Assembly (NCBI GenBank): GCA_021780105.1
Contig: JAJXZJ010000003.1
Span: 1 to 42,689 of the forward strand
DNA length: 42,689 bases
Source: a bacterium
GTDB lineage: Bacteria > Verrucomicrobiota > Verrucomicrobiia > Limisphaerales > J093
Direction: 5' to 3'
Below are positions 1 to 9,778 of this stretch, one piece after another; positions within the stretch are counted from its first letter, which is position 1; every line of letters starts with the position of its first letter. The notes under the pieces were generated by a model. It was not told the DNA's origin. It did not search any database and saw only the letters and a program-made list of their open reading frames with translations. The translations under genes were made by a program, and so were the position numbers.

Positions 1-363
1 GCTGGGGCTGAAAGCCGCCTACAGCCTGGATGGCCTTCACCTAAATCAAGCCGGCTACACCGCAGCCATGCAGTTTGTCTATTCCCAAGCCATCCCCTGG
101 CTGTTTGGAAAAGGGCTGGCACCTTAAGCGCGATCAATTAGCCAAGGTTTGGAAAATGGTGTCGAAGCGGTCAACTAACCAGTCGGCTTTTGGGATTGCG
201 TCCCGGCCAGCGGCCGGTTTAATGCCCGCGTCTCCGTTCGACGGGCAGTTTGCCGTGCGGCTCCCGACGATTGTCTTCCGCAAGGAACCACAGGCCGGGG
301 TGTTGTCGCTTCGCGGCGTCCGGTCACGGAACAGGCGCGGCGAACGACGAAATTGGACGCAAC

Positions 364-1533
364 ATGACACCGAATCCGTTTTTGGGCGTGGTTTTCCACT
401 GGCTGGGCGGTCTGGCCTCCGGCAGTTTTTACGTGCCTTACAAGGGGGTGAAGAAATGGTCGTGGGAAACCTACTGGCTGGTGGGCGGCTTCTTCTCCTG
501 GATCATCATGCCCTGGCTGATGGCGTCATTGATGACGAACGACCTGCCCGGCGTGCTGCGGCAGCAGACGGCCATCACGCTGTGGTGGACGTATTTTTTC
601 GGGATGTTGTGGGGTTTTGGCGGGCTGACGTTCGGGTTGACCATGCGGTATCTGGGGATGTCACTGGGCATGGGGGTGGCGCTGGGGTATTGCGCCGCCT
701 TCGGCACGCTGGTGCCGCCAATCTTCAAGGTGTTCATGCCGAACCTCAAGGCGGTGGATCAGAGCATCGTGGACATCGCGAAATCCACGCCGGGACAGGT
801 GACGCTGGCGGGTGTGGCGGTTTGTCTGCTGGGCATCGGCATCGCCGCGCTGGCGGGGTTGACCAAGGAACGCGAGATGCCCGAGGCCGAGAAGAAGAAG
901 GCCATCGCGGAATTCAGCTTCACCAAGGGTATTCTTGTGGCGACCTTCTCCGGCATCATGAGCGCCTGTTTTTCCTTTGCGCTCACCGCGGGCAATCCCA
1001 TCAACGACGCCACCGCCGCCGCCGGCACTCCCAAACTCTGGACGGGCCTGCCCAAACTGGTGGTCGTGCTGCTGGGCGGCTTCACCACGAACTTCATCTG
1101 GTGTCTCCTGCTGAACGTGAAAAATCGCTCGGCCTACCAATACATCAGCGGCACGGTGAAGCCGGAACACGCCGGGGCCGTGCCGGGCCAGGTGGCACCG
1201 GCAACGGCTGACCTGCGCGTGCCCGTGCTCGCCAACTACCTGTTCTCCGCTCTCGCCGGCACGACGTGGTATTTCCAGTTCTTCTTCTACACGATGGGCG
1301 AAACTCAGATGGGCAAGTTCAAGTTCGCAAGCTGGACGCTGCACATGGCCAGCATCATCATCTTCAGCACGATGTGGGGTTGGATCCTGCACGAGTGGAA
1401 GGGTGCCAGCAAAAAAGCCCACCTTCTCATCGCCGGCGGCATCGGCACGCTGATTCTTTCGACCGTCGTCATCGGCGCCGGCGCGGGCTGGACGGATTTG
1501 ATGAACTACCTTAAATCGTTGGGTTCACCGTAA
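364..1533 (+). CDS. rhaT: L-rhamnose/proton symporter, RhaT family
   Basis: ORF 250..1533, internal ATG at codon 39 (MTPNPFLGVVFHWLGGLASGSFYVPYKGVKKWSWETYWLVGG...). The roughly 10-TM hydrophobic profile and N-terminal motif are typical of RhaT-family sugar symporters. The upstream part of the ORF is Arg/Gly-rich junk. Confidence 0.75.
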   Translation: MTPNPFLGVVFHWLGGLASGSFYVPYKGVKKWSWETYWLVGGFFSWIIMPWLMASLMTNDLPGVLRQQTAITLWWTYFFGMLWGFGGLTFGLTMRYLGMSLGMGVALGYCAAFGTLVPPIFKVFMPNLKAVDQSIVDIAKSTPGQVTLAGVAVCLLGIGIAALAGLTKEREMPEAEKKKAIAEFSFTKGILVATFSGIMSACFSFALTAGNPINDATAAAGTPKLWTGLPKLVVVLLGGFTTNFIWCLLLNVKNRSAYQYISGTVKPEHAGAVPGQVAPATADLRVPVLANYLFSALAGTTWYFQFFFYTMGETQMGKFKFASWTLHMASIIIFSTMWGWILHEWKGASKKAHLLIAGGIGTLILSTVVIGAGAGWTDLMNYLKSLGSP

Positions 1534-1599
1534 GCGGCAGCGCGGCCTTTTTGCCGCGCCGACGAATGCGCGTCCGCCGGCTGGTCGGACCAGGGCACG

Positions 1600-1974
1600 C
1601 TATTTTTTCGGCACGGACTTCGGGTCAATCGGCACCAGCACCGTGTCGGCGTGACCCGCCGGGAAGGTCATTTTGTGCAGCGCCATGTGAATGGCCCGCT
1701 GGTCCAGCGCGGGGTCGCCGGAGCTTTCCCGCAATTCGGCGATGACCGGCTTGCCGGTGGCATCGTAGGAAACCAGCAGGACAATCTGCGGTTTGGCCGT
1801 GGACTTGTTCTTCTGCGCAGGCAGCGGTGTGCCGGCCTGTTTCCGACTCAACTCGCTGATGCTGCCACGCTTGGGGTCGCTGGGAAGATAACTTGCCTTG
1901 CTGGCGCAACCGCTGCCGGCCAGCAGCAGCGCCAGGCAGAGTGCCCCCGAACATGACCAACGGTTCGCTCGCAT
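1600..1974 (-). CDS. hypothetical exported protein, possible lipoprotein (signal peptide ...LLLAGSGCASK)
   Basis: 124-aa ORF with an N-terminal hydrophobic signal followed by Cys. The C-terminal region (KPQIVLLVSYDATGKPVIAEL) is weakly reminiscent of a TonB C-terminal-like fold. No confident family assignment. Confidence 0.4.
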   Translation of the reverse strand: MRANRWSCSGALCLALLLAGSGCASKASYLPSDPKRGSISELSRKQAGTPLPAQKNKSTAKPQIVLLVSYDATGKPVIAELRESSGDPALDQRAIHMALHKMTFPAGHADTVLVPIDPKSVPKK

Positions 1975-2151
1975 GAGGCCAAAGCGTAATCCTCCGCACG
2001 GAATTTGGCCAGCCGGCGTTACGCATTGCTCACGAAATCACTTTCGAGTCAGGTTGACTTCCGGACACGAGGCCCGCCTCAATACAGGCAGGACTTCCCC
2101 GTCGGCGGAATTCCGTTTGTCGCGCGGCGGGCGATGGGACAACTTGCCGCC

Positions 2152-3030
2152 ATGCGCGTGTTGATTCTCGGTTGCGGTTACGTCGGCCTGCCGCTGGCTG
2201 CCGAACTGGCCCGGCGCGGCCACGTGGTCTTCGGCGCGCAGCGCACCCACACGGCGGACCACGCGCTCCGCGTCGCCGGCGTCGAACCCCACATGGCTGA
2301 CGTCACCGACCCCGGCAGCCTCACGCGCCTGCCCGACCCGTTCGATTGGGTGGTCAACTGCGTTTCCGCGTCGGGCGGCGGCGTGGCGGAGTATCGCCGT
2401 GTTTATCTCGACGGCACGCGCCATCTTCTCGATTGGCTGGCGGCCGCGCCGCCGCGCCGGTTCGTTTATACCAGCAGCACCGGGGTCTATGGCCAGACCG
2501 ACGGCGCAGTCGTGACCGAAACCAGCGCCGCCGAACCAGGCACGCCCACGGGCGACGCGCTCGTGGCGACCGAGCAATTGCTGCTCCGCGAATTCAGTGA
2601 ACACGATTTTCCCGCCGTGATTTTGCGCGTCGCCGGCATTTACGGGCCGGGCCGCGGCTACTGGCTCAAACGATTTCTCGCCGGCGAGGCGCGGCTGGAG
2701 GGCGACGGTGGGCGCGTCCACAACATGATTCACCGCGACGACGTGATCCGCGCCATCCTCGCCGCGCTGGAACACGGCCGGCCCGGCGAAATCTACAACG
2801 CCGTGGACGATGCGCCGGTGACGCAAGCGGAACTCTTCGGCTGGCTTGCGCGGACGTTGAACCGGCCGCTGCCACCTTCCGCGCCGGCGGCGCCACGCAA
2901 ACGCGGCGTCACGAGCAAGCGCGTGTCGAATCAAAAGCTGTGCGAGGAACTCGGCTGGCGGCCGCACTACCCGACCTTCCGTGAAGGTTTCACGGCAGAG
3001 CTGGCGGCGCTCGGCCGGCTGGTGATTTGA
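2152..3030 (+). CDS. NAD(P)-dependent epimerase/dehydratase family protein (SDR superfamily)
   Basis: MRVLILGCGYVGLPLAAELARRGH Rossmann motif at the N-terminus, YTSSTGVYG, and GxYGPGR later. The start could instead be the ATG at 2134. Confidence 0.75.
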   Translation: MRVLILGCGYVGLPLAAELARRGHVVFGAQRTHTADHALRVAGVEPHMADVTDPGSLTRLPDPFDWVVNCVSASGGGVAEYRRVYLDGTRHLLDWLAAAPPRRFVYTSSTGVYGQTDGAVVTETSAAEPGTPTGDALVATEQLLLREFSEHDFPAVILRVAGIYGPGRGYWLKRFLAGEARLEGDGGRVHNMIHRDDVIRAILAALEHGRPGEIYNAVDDAPVTQAELFGWLARTLNRPLPPSAPAAPRKRGVTSKRVSNQKLCEELGWRPHYPTFREGFTAELAALGRLVI

Positions 3031-3107
3031 CTTTTTGCTCGCCCTCGTTTGGGCGTCAGCGAGAATGGCCGGGTCAAGCCGTCAAACTGTCAAAAGCTGA
3101 AACAAAT

Positions 3108-3869
3108 ATGAAAACGCTTTTCCTCCGCACGCTAATGGTCCTCGCTGCGGTCACGCTTTTCCTCGTGCCAGCGTGCGCACAACGCGCCGGCACGAACGCG
3201 CCCGCCCCTGCCACAACCACACCACCGCCAGCACCAACCCCGCCGGCCACCTCGGCTGTGGAGTCTGCGGATCAACCGCCTTACTTCATCGTGGCGCCGC
3301 TGCCTGGCGAAGGCTGGCAGTCGTTGTTCGACGGCAAATCGCTCGCCGGCTGGAAAGTCACGGAGTTTGCCGGCCACGGCGATGTGTCCGTCACGAATGG
3401 CACGCTCGTGCTGGCGATGGGCGCGATGCTCACCGGGGTCAATCTGGTGAAGACCAACGATTTGCCGACGTGGGATTACGAGCTGGCGCTCGACGCCATG
3501 AAGGTGGAAGGCAGCGATTTCTTCTGCGGGCTGACGTTTCCGGTGGGCACCAACTGCTGCACGTTCGTCGTGGGCGGCTGGGGTGGCGGGGTGACGGGAA
3601 TCTCCAGCATTGACAACAACGACGCCTCAATCAACGAAACCACCCGGTTCAAGGACTATCCGGCCAAACGCTGGTTCCGCATCCGCGTGCGAGTCACCCA
3701 CGCCCGGCTACAGGCGTGGATCGGCGCGGAAAAAATGGCGGACGTGGAGCTGGCCGGCAAACACCTGAGCATGCGGCTGGGCGAAATTGAGTTGAACCAG
3801 CCCTTCGGCATCGCCACTTACGAAACCACCGGCGCCATCAAAAACATTCAGTGGCGGAAAGTTCAATAA
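3108..3869 (+). CDS. secreted DUF1080 (3-keto-disaccharide hydrolase-like / LamG-like jelly-roll) protein
   Basis: Internal ATG gives MKTLFLRTLMVLAAVTLFLVPACAQ signal peptide and a Pro/Thr-rich linker. It then carries WQSLFDGKSLAGWKV...GDVSVTNGTLVL...WFRIRVRV, typical of DUF1080. Confidence 0.7.
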   Translation: MKTLFLRTLMVLAAVTLFLVPACAQRAGTNAPAPATTTPPPAPTPPATSAVESADQPPYFIVAPLPGEGWQSLFDGKSLAGWKVTEFAGHGDVSVTNGTLVLAMGAMLTGVNLVKTNDLPTWDYELALDAMKVEGSDFFCGLTFPVGTNCCTFVVGGWGGGVTGISSIDNNDASINETTRFKDYPAKRWFRIRVRVTHARLQAWIGAEKMADVELAGKHLSMRLGEIELNQPFGIATYETTGAIKNIQWRKVQ

Positions 3870-4217
3870 CCACGGCCCGGATCCCGGGCCGCCAATTCCA
3901 ATCTGAAACCATGAACACCAAGCAAGAATCGTGGGCATTGCGCCTCTCAGTGCGCAAGGCTTGGGCGGTGTTGCTGGGCTGCGGTTCGGCGGGGCCGCTC
4001 TTGAGTGCGCTTTTTTCCTCGATTACGGCCTCTATGCCGGCGTCTGCGGCGGACTGCTTTCCGTGATCACAGTCGCCCAGGCGTGGCTAGCCAACATCGC
4101 CGGCGAGATCCTCGGCCAGTTACAACGGCTGGAGCAACAGCTTGCCAATCCAACGCTGAGACGTTAAATGATACATAAACCAAGTCGGTTACTTGCTTAA
4201 GACTGAACATGCTAATA

Positions 4218-6116
4218 CTATTCGCTATCAACTTCTTGCATCCCGTTTCGCCGCAGCCAAACCATCAGCAAACTCACGTCGGCGGGAGACACACCGGAAA
4301 TGCGACCAGCCTGCCCCAGCGTCCGGGGGCGGATTTGTTGGAGCTTCAGTCGTGATTCGGTTTTCATCCCTGGAATCCGCACATAATCAAAATCTTCGGG
4401 AATCGCTTTGTCCTCCAGTTTGCGAAACTTCTCAACCTCTTCCTCCTGCCGGTCAATGTAACCTGCGTATTTGAGCGTGATTTCGATTTGGCGAACGACT
4501 TCCTCGGACAGGCCGGGAGTCACGCTGGGCAGATCGCGGTAAACCACCTCCGGCCGACGCAGGATTTGCGCGAGCGTCAGCGACCCAAACCGTGTATGTT
4601 CAAGCCTTTCCAATTCGGAAGCAATGATCTGCCATTTACGCAGATACTGTTGATAGTGTCGCTCCGGCAACAAGCCGACATCGTGACCAAGCTCAGCAAG
4701 GCGCTGGTCGGCATTGTCTTGACGCAAGATCAGACGGTATTCCGCCCGTGACGTGAACATGCGGTACGGCTCGGTGGTGCCCTTCGTCACCAGATCGTCA
4801 ATGAGCACGCCGATGTAAGCCTGGTCACGGCGAAGAATGATTGGATTTTGGCTGCGCACGCGGCGGGCGGCATTAATTCCCGCCATGATTCCCTGGCCGC
4901 CCGCTTCTTCGTAACCTGAAGTTCCGTTGATTTGCCCGGCGAGATAAAGATTGCGGCAGACTTTGGTTTCCAACGAAGGATATAGTTGAGTGGGAAAAAC
5001 GTAGTCGTATTCGACCGCGTAGGCGGGTCGGAGAATTTCCGCCCGTTCGCAGCCACAGATCGTGCGCACCAACTCGATCTGGACTTCAAACGGGAGGCTG
5101 GTGGAAAAACCGTTTGCGTAAATCTCCTCGGTGGCTACACCCTCTGGCTCCAAAAAGATTTGATGCGACGGCTTGTCCGCGAACCGCACAATTTTGTCCT
5201 CGATGGAAGGACAGTATCGCGGCCCGATACCTTTGATTTTGCCGGCGTAAAGAGGCGATTTATCGAGATTGGCCCGGATGAACTCGGCGGTGCGCTGCGT
5301 TGTGGCTGTCAAATAACACGGGAGCTGGCCACGGATTTGATGGAGTACCGACCCGGGAGGATAACGATGGTGTGCGCCGTCAGCACTGGCGTCGGAATGT
5401 TCCATGTGGAACAAATCGTCCTGCCAATTGGTGAAATAAGGAACCGGCTCATCACCCGGTTGAATTTCCATTTGTGAGAAATCGATCGAGCGCCGGTTGA
5501 GCCGCGGCGGTGTTCCCGTCTTGAGGCGGCCCAGTTCCAACCCAATTTCATGGAGCGATCCAGAAAGCGTTGTTGCAGCCGCCTCCCCCGCTCGACCGCC
5601 TTCTTGTCGCTGAAAGCCGACATGCATCAGCCCGCGCAGGAATGTTCCCGTGGTAATAACCACCGTCGTTCCGTGAAACTGAATCTCCATGCTGGTCTCG
5701 ACGCCAAAGGCCATGCCGTCATCCGTGAGCAGCTTGATGGTTTGAGCCTGATAGCAATCGAGATTCTGCTGCCGTTCGCAGACGTATTTGAGGCGGAATT
5801 GATACGCTTTCTTGTCACATTGCGCCCGCGGCGCCCAGACCGAAGGACCCTTTTTGGTATTCAGCATCCGGAATTGCAGGCCGGTCATATCCGTGTTCCG
5901 GGCCATTTCTCCACCCAAGGCATCAATCTCCCGCACCAAATGCCCTTTGGCGATCCCACCGATGGCCGGGTTGCATGACATCTGGCCAATTGTATCCAGA
6001 TTCATGGTCAGCAGGAGTGTCTGGCACCCCATCCGCGCGGCGGCCAACGCAGCCTCCGTCCCCGCATGACCACCACCCACGACGATCACGTCATATCGTT
6101 TCGGATACACGAACAT
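4218..6116 (-). CDS. mnmG: tRNA uridine-5-carboxymethylaminomethyl(34) synthesis enzyme MnmG (GidA)
   Basis: 632 aa, MFVYPKRYDVIVVGGGHAGTEAALAAARMGCQTLLLT...NPAIGGIAKGHLVREIDALGG. This is a textbook FAD-binding MnmG N-terminus and C-terminal domain. Confidence 0.95.
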   Translation of the reverse strand: MFVYPKRYDVIVVGGGHAGTEAALAAARMGCQTLLLTMNLDTIGQMSCNPAIGGIAKGHLVREIDALGGEMARNTDMTGLQFRMLNTKKGPSVWAPRAQCDKKAYQFRLKYVCERQQNLDCYQAQTIKLLTDDGMAFGVETSMEIQFHGTTVVITTGTFLRGLMHVGFQRQEGGRAGEAAATTLSGSLHEIGLELGRLKTGTPPRLNRRSIDFSQMEIQPGDEPVPYFTNWQDDLFHMEHSDASADGAHHRYPPGSVLHQIRGQLPCYLTATTQRTAEFIRANLDKSPLYAGKIKGIGPRYCPSIEDKIVRFADKPSHQIFLEPEGVATEEIYANGFSTSLPFEVQIELVRTICGCERAEILRPAYAVEYDYVFPTQLYPSLETKVCRNLYLAGQINGTSGYEEAGGQGIMAGINAARRVRSQNPIILRRDQAYIGVLIDDLVTKGTTEPYRMFTSRAEYRLILRQDNADQRLAELGHDVGLLPERHYQQYLRKWQIIASELERLEHTRFGSLTLAQILRRPEVVYRDLPSVTPGLSEEVVRQIEITLKYAGYIDRQEEEVEKFRKLEDKAIPEDFDYVRIPGMKTESRLKLQQIRPRTLGQAGRISGVSPADVSLLMVWLRRNGMQEVDSE

Positions 6117-6304
6117 GGCGGGAGAATACCGCCGTCCGGTGCAAAAGCCAATTCACGTCTTAACGGCAATCCAGTCTTGGCACAGAGCTGCCCACAGCCG
6201 GAAACACGATTTACGTCCCGCGCCAAACGTCAGCGACGATCACTTCGGCTGCGTCGTTTCAGCGCTTCCGCCGAAACGACGGATCTCTTCAAGCAGCGAG
6301 CCGC

Positions 6305-7669
6305 CTACAGACTCCAGCCCGCGCGGTAAGGATAATGCAGCAAGGCGTTGGCCTCGTCTTCGTTGGTGATCTTCATGTTCGCGCTATCCCAATACAGCAT
6401 CGTGCCGCCAAAATGAACACACACACTGCCCAGCAGCACGGCTTCCGTCAGCGGACCGGCAAAACCGAAGTTCGAGGCCGTGGGTGTGCCTTCCTTGCAG
6501 GCCTTGATCCATTCTGCATGGTGGCCGATGGATCGGGGCAACGTCTTCGGCGGACGTTGGTATTCCTTGTTGCGCTTTTCTGGAATCAGCCGCGGCCGCT
6601 CACCGCCCCAGCCCTCGACCAGCATCCTGCCTTTGTCGCCCACGAAAATGATGCCGTCTTCGGGGTCCAAATCGCGTTCGTCCTCAAGTTCTTCCGGCCG
6701 TGGTGGAAGAATGCCACCGTCATACCAGTGTAGTTTGACGGCTGGCTGATTTCCTCGCGCCGGAAAGTCGTAATGCACACAGCAAGCATGGGGCACGGTT
6801 TCCTTGAACACGGGCGTCGAACTGGCGTAAACCCGTGTCGGGGCGCCTAGCCGCAGGGCATCGAACACCGGAGCCAGGTTGTGAATGCCCATGTCACCCA
6901 GGCCACCGGAACCAAAGTCCCACCAGCCACGCCACTTAAATGGCACATAGGCAGGGTGATATGGCCTGAATGGCGCCGGGCCGAGCCACAAATCCCAATC
7001 CAGCGTGTCCGGCACCGGTGGTGTGTCGGTGGGACGCTCAATGCCTTGCGGCCAATAAAGCGGCAACTTCCCCCGGTGTGTCGGCCGATCCGACCAGACA
7101 TGCACCTCATACACCCGGCCAATGGCGTCATCGGCCAGCCATTCCTTGATGAGCCGGTTACCCTCAAACGCCATCCCTTGATTGCCCATCTGCGTGGCGA
7201 GCTTCGATTCCCGTGCAAACGTCGCCACCGCGCGTGCCTCGTGAACCGTTCGGGTCAACGGCTTTTCGCAGTAAACCGGTTTACCGTGCCGCAACGCGGC
7301 CATCGTGGCCACGGCGTGAATGTGGTCCGGCGTGGCAACCAGAACCGCATCGAGGCTCTTTTCCGTTTCCAACATTTTGCGAAAGTCTTTGTAACGGTTT
7401 GCCTTGGGAAATTTATCGAACGATCCCGCCGCGCTCGCCCAATCCACATCGCAGAGGGCGACGATGTTCTCAGTCTGCAACTCGGCAAGATCATCGGCAG
7501 CTCGGCCGCCAGCTCCGATCGCACCAATGTTCAGTTTTTCCGAAGGTGGCTTCCCACCTGCACGGCCAAGAACATGCGCCGAAATGACGGAAAACGCCGT
7601 TATCGTGGTGGCGGTCGAGGCAAGGAAGTGCCGACGGGACTGGGTGGAACCAAGCTTCGTGGTTTTCAT
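6305..7669 (-). CDS. Gfo/Idh/MocA family oxidoreductase with twin-arginine (TAT) signal
   Basis: MKTTKLGSTQSRRHFLASTATTITAFS carries the TAT motif (SRRHFL). GAIGAGGRA is the NAD-binding Rossmann motif, and the C-terminal Gfo/Idh/MocA alpha/beta domain is present. 454 aa. Confidence 0.85.
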   Translation of the reverse strand: MKTTKLGSTQSRRHFLASTATTITAFSVISAHVLGRAGGKPPSEKLNIGAIGAGGRAADDLAELQTENIVALCDVDWASAAGSFDKFPKANRYKDFRKMLETEKSLDAVLVATPDHIHAVATMAALRHGKPVYCEKPLTRTVHEARAVATFARESKLATQMGNQGMAFEGNRLIKEWLADDAIGRVYEVHVWSDRPTHRGKLPLYWPQGIERPTDTPPVPDTLDWDLWLGPAPFRPYHPAYVPFKWRGWWDFGSGGLGDMGIHNLAPVFDALRLGAPTRVYASSTPVFKETVPHACCVHYDFPARGNQPAVKLHWYDGGILPPRPEELEDERDLDPEDGIIFVGDKGRMLVEGWGGERPRLIPEKRNKEYQRPPKTLPRSIGHHAEWIKACKEGTPTASNFGFAGPLTEAVLLGSVCVHFGGTMLYWDSANMKITNEDEANALLHYPYRAGWSL

Positions 7670-7752
7670 AACCGTTCAATTAGCCTGTCAATGGTGTGTA
7701 AGTCGGGAACATGACGCGCTATCCTGATGGACTCAAGCGCAATCCGACACCG

Positions 7753-8571
7753 TCAATCCGCCGAGAACGCAAATGCTCCGTAACCAACCACGCGATCTCG
7801 CGATCCGGCAGTGTCACCCGAATTCCGCCGCTCAAGTTCACGGCAACGCAAGCCGCGTCGTCGCGCCACCGCCAGCAAGCCGCAAATCGGCTTCCATCCA
7901 CAGGCATTTTCTCCGTTTAAGTCATTGCCATTCAATGCAACTATGGCTTCAGCCGTGACGGCGTCCAGTCTCCCGGCGGTCGCGTAGTCGTGATAGTGGC
8001 TCAGATCCGAGCTGATCACGATGAGCGTCTCCGGCCCGCCCCAGACCATGTCGAGGACGGCGGCGACATCTTCCCTGCTCGCGTCGCCGACCAGCAGGGG
8101 GAGGATTGTAAAGTCCGCCAGCACGGTTTGCAGAAACGGCAGTTCGACTTCGAGGCAATGTTCCGGCTGGTGTGCGGCCGGCAGCCTGTGAACTGACGGC
8201 GAAGCCATGACCATCATTGCAAGCTCTTTGTCAACAATTACTTGTCCCAGTGGCGTGGCAAACGCGCCGGCACCGCTGGAGGCCAGACCGGTGAAACCGA
8301 CGTAGTGTGCTGGCCCCACCAGCACCACCCGGCGAATCCGCTCGCGCGCCGGTTTCAGCACCGCAAAGGCGAAGGCCGCCACCGGCCCGGAATACAAGTA
8401 ACCCGCGTGCGGCGCGATGATGGCCTTCGGCACGGGGCGGCCAACCACTTGCACCTCAGCCAGAAACGCCTCGATTTCAGCGCGCAGCCGCTCCGGTTCC
8501 GCCGGATAAAATCGCCCCGCCTGCGCCGCCGGACGAACCAAGGCATTTGCTTGTATAGCAGCATGTTTCAT
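7753..8571 (-). CDS. AmmeMemoRadiSam system protein B (MEMO1-family protein)
   Basis: 272 aa with IIAPHAGYLYSGPVAAFAF, HxxEHCLEVELPFL and ...ACGWKPICGLL, the conserved Memo-family motifs. Its start overlaps the stop of the upstream radical SAM gene by 4 nt. Confidence 0.8.
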   Translation of the reverse strand: MKHAAIQANALVRPAAQAGRFYPAEPERLRAEIEAFLAEVQVVGRPVPKAIIAPHAGYLYSGPVAAFAFAVLKPARERIRRVVLVGPAHYVGFTGLASSGAGAFATPLGQVIVDKELAMMVMASPSVHRLPAAHQPEHCLEVELPFLQTVLADFTILPLLVGDASREDVAAVLDMVWGGPETLIVISSDLSHYHDYATAGRLDAVTAEAIVALNGNDLNGENACGWKPICGLLAVARRRGLRCRELERRNSGDTAGSRDRVVGYGAFAFSAD

Positions 8572-9671
8572 GGGTTTGATCGCGCCGGTGTGGCGCGGTC
8601 TGAGTCACGCCAGATTCCGGGCACGCTGCGCCCGCATCGCGGGCAGGCACCGGTGGCCGCAAGGCGGTTGTTGAAGATGCGAAAGCCGCGCCGCTCGACG
8701 AGAGTTTCGCCGCAGTTGGGACAGCGGGTATTTTCCCAGTCACCAACCCTTCCCGGCAGATTTCCGGCATAGACGAAGCGTAAACCTTCGCTGGTTCCGA
8801 TTTCCGCGGCCCGCACCAAATCCGCCGCCGTCGTCGCCGGCGGCTGTGTCATCCGATAGTCGGGATGGAACGCTGTGACGTGCCACGGAATGTCCGGGCT
8901 GATCGAGGCGAGGAATTGAGTCAGGGTGCGCAATTCCGCTTCGGAGTCATTGAAGCCCGGCACCAGCAGCGTAACCACTTCCAACCAAATGCCGCGGGCA
9001 TGAATCAGGCGAAGGGCGTCCGTCACCCGCGCCAGCGTGCCGCCGAGTGACCGGTAGTGGCGGTCGTCGAACGATTTCAAATCCACTTTGATCGCGGTGA
9101 GCAACGGTTGGAGAAAATCCAGCGCCTCCGGCGTGGCGTTGCCGTTGGAGATAAAGGCGCACCGCAGACCCGCTTCCCGCGCCCGCGCAAACACCGCCAC
9201 CGCCCACTCGGCCGTGATGAGCGGCTCGTTGTAGCTGGACACCAGCAGCCGCGCGCCAGAGCGATGCGCCGCAGCGACAAGCTGGTCCGCCGTGGCACGT
9301 TGAATCGGCACACCGGCCGCCTCGTCCCGCAACGCCTGGCTGGTGATCCAGTTCTGGCAGTAACCGCAGTGGAAATCGCAGCCCAACATGCCGAACGTCA
9401 ATGCGTTGCTGCCGGGATAAACGTGGAAGAACGGTTTCTTTTCCACCGGGTCGTTCGCCACGCCGGCCACGTAGCCAAACGGCACATGCAATTGCCCGCC
9501 GTCGTTGAAGCGCACCTGGCAGATGCCGCGCCGGCCGGGCGCGAGGAGGCACCGATGCCCGCAGGCGACGCAGCGGATTTTTTCGCCTTCCGTCCGCCAC
9601 AATTGCCCGATGGCCGTGCGCCGATCAAGCCGCGCCGCGAGACTGGTTGCTGGCAACGAATCAACCATCAT
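8568..9671 (-). CDS. AmmeMemoRadiSam system radical SAM enzyme (PFL-activase-like)
   Basis: Internal start MMVDSLPATSLAARL... Zn-ribbon-like CxxC...C...C near the N-terminus (CVACGHRC...C). Canonical radical SAM cluster CDFHCGYCQNW. About 367 aa. Arranged in an operon with the Memo-like gene. Confidence 0.75.
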   Translation of the reverse strand: MMVDSLPATSLAARLDRRTAIGQLWRTEGEKIRCVACGHRCLLAPGRRGICQVRFNDGGQLHVPFGYVAGVANDPVEKKPFFHVYPGSNALTFGMLGCDFHCGYCQNWITSQALRDEAAGVPIQRATADQLVAAAHRSGARLLVSSYNEPLITAEWAVAVFARAREAGLRCAFISNGNATPEALDFLQPLLTAIKVDLKSFDDRHYRSLGGTLARVTDALRLIHARGIWLEVVTLLVPGFNDSEAELRTLTQFLASISPDIPWHVTAFHPDYRMTQPPATTAADLVRAAEIGTSEGLRFVYAGNLPGRVGDWENTRCPNCGETLVERRGFRIFNNRLAATGACPRCGRSVPGIWRDSDRATPARSNP

Positions 9672-9778
9672 GTTTCCTGGCTGGACCAAGCCTACACCGT
9701 TTCCAACCCGGCGAAAAGAGCCGCGCGGCTTGTTTTCACTGGCGCTTCGACCGCGCCCGCTTATGCTTCCGCGCATCC
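9672..9778. promoter_or_regulatory. divergent intergenic region between the radical SAM operon (-) and the PduS/PduT-like pair (+)
   Basis: A ~107 bp gap between two divergently oriented start codons that presumably carries both promoters. No motif assigned. Confidence 0.35.

Noticed and set aside
75-1211. 378-aa + strand ORF at the window start
   Set aside because: It is an alternative frame overlapping rhaT, Arg/Gly/His-rich, and does not resemble any family. The rhaT frame has the real transporter motifs.
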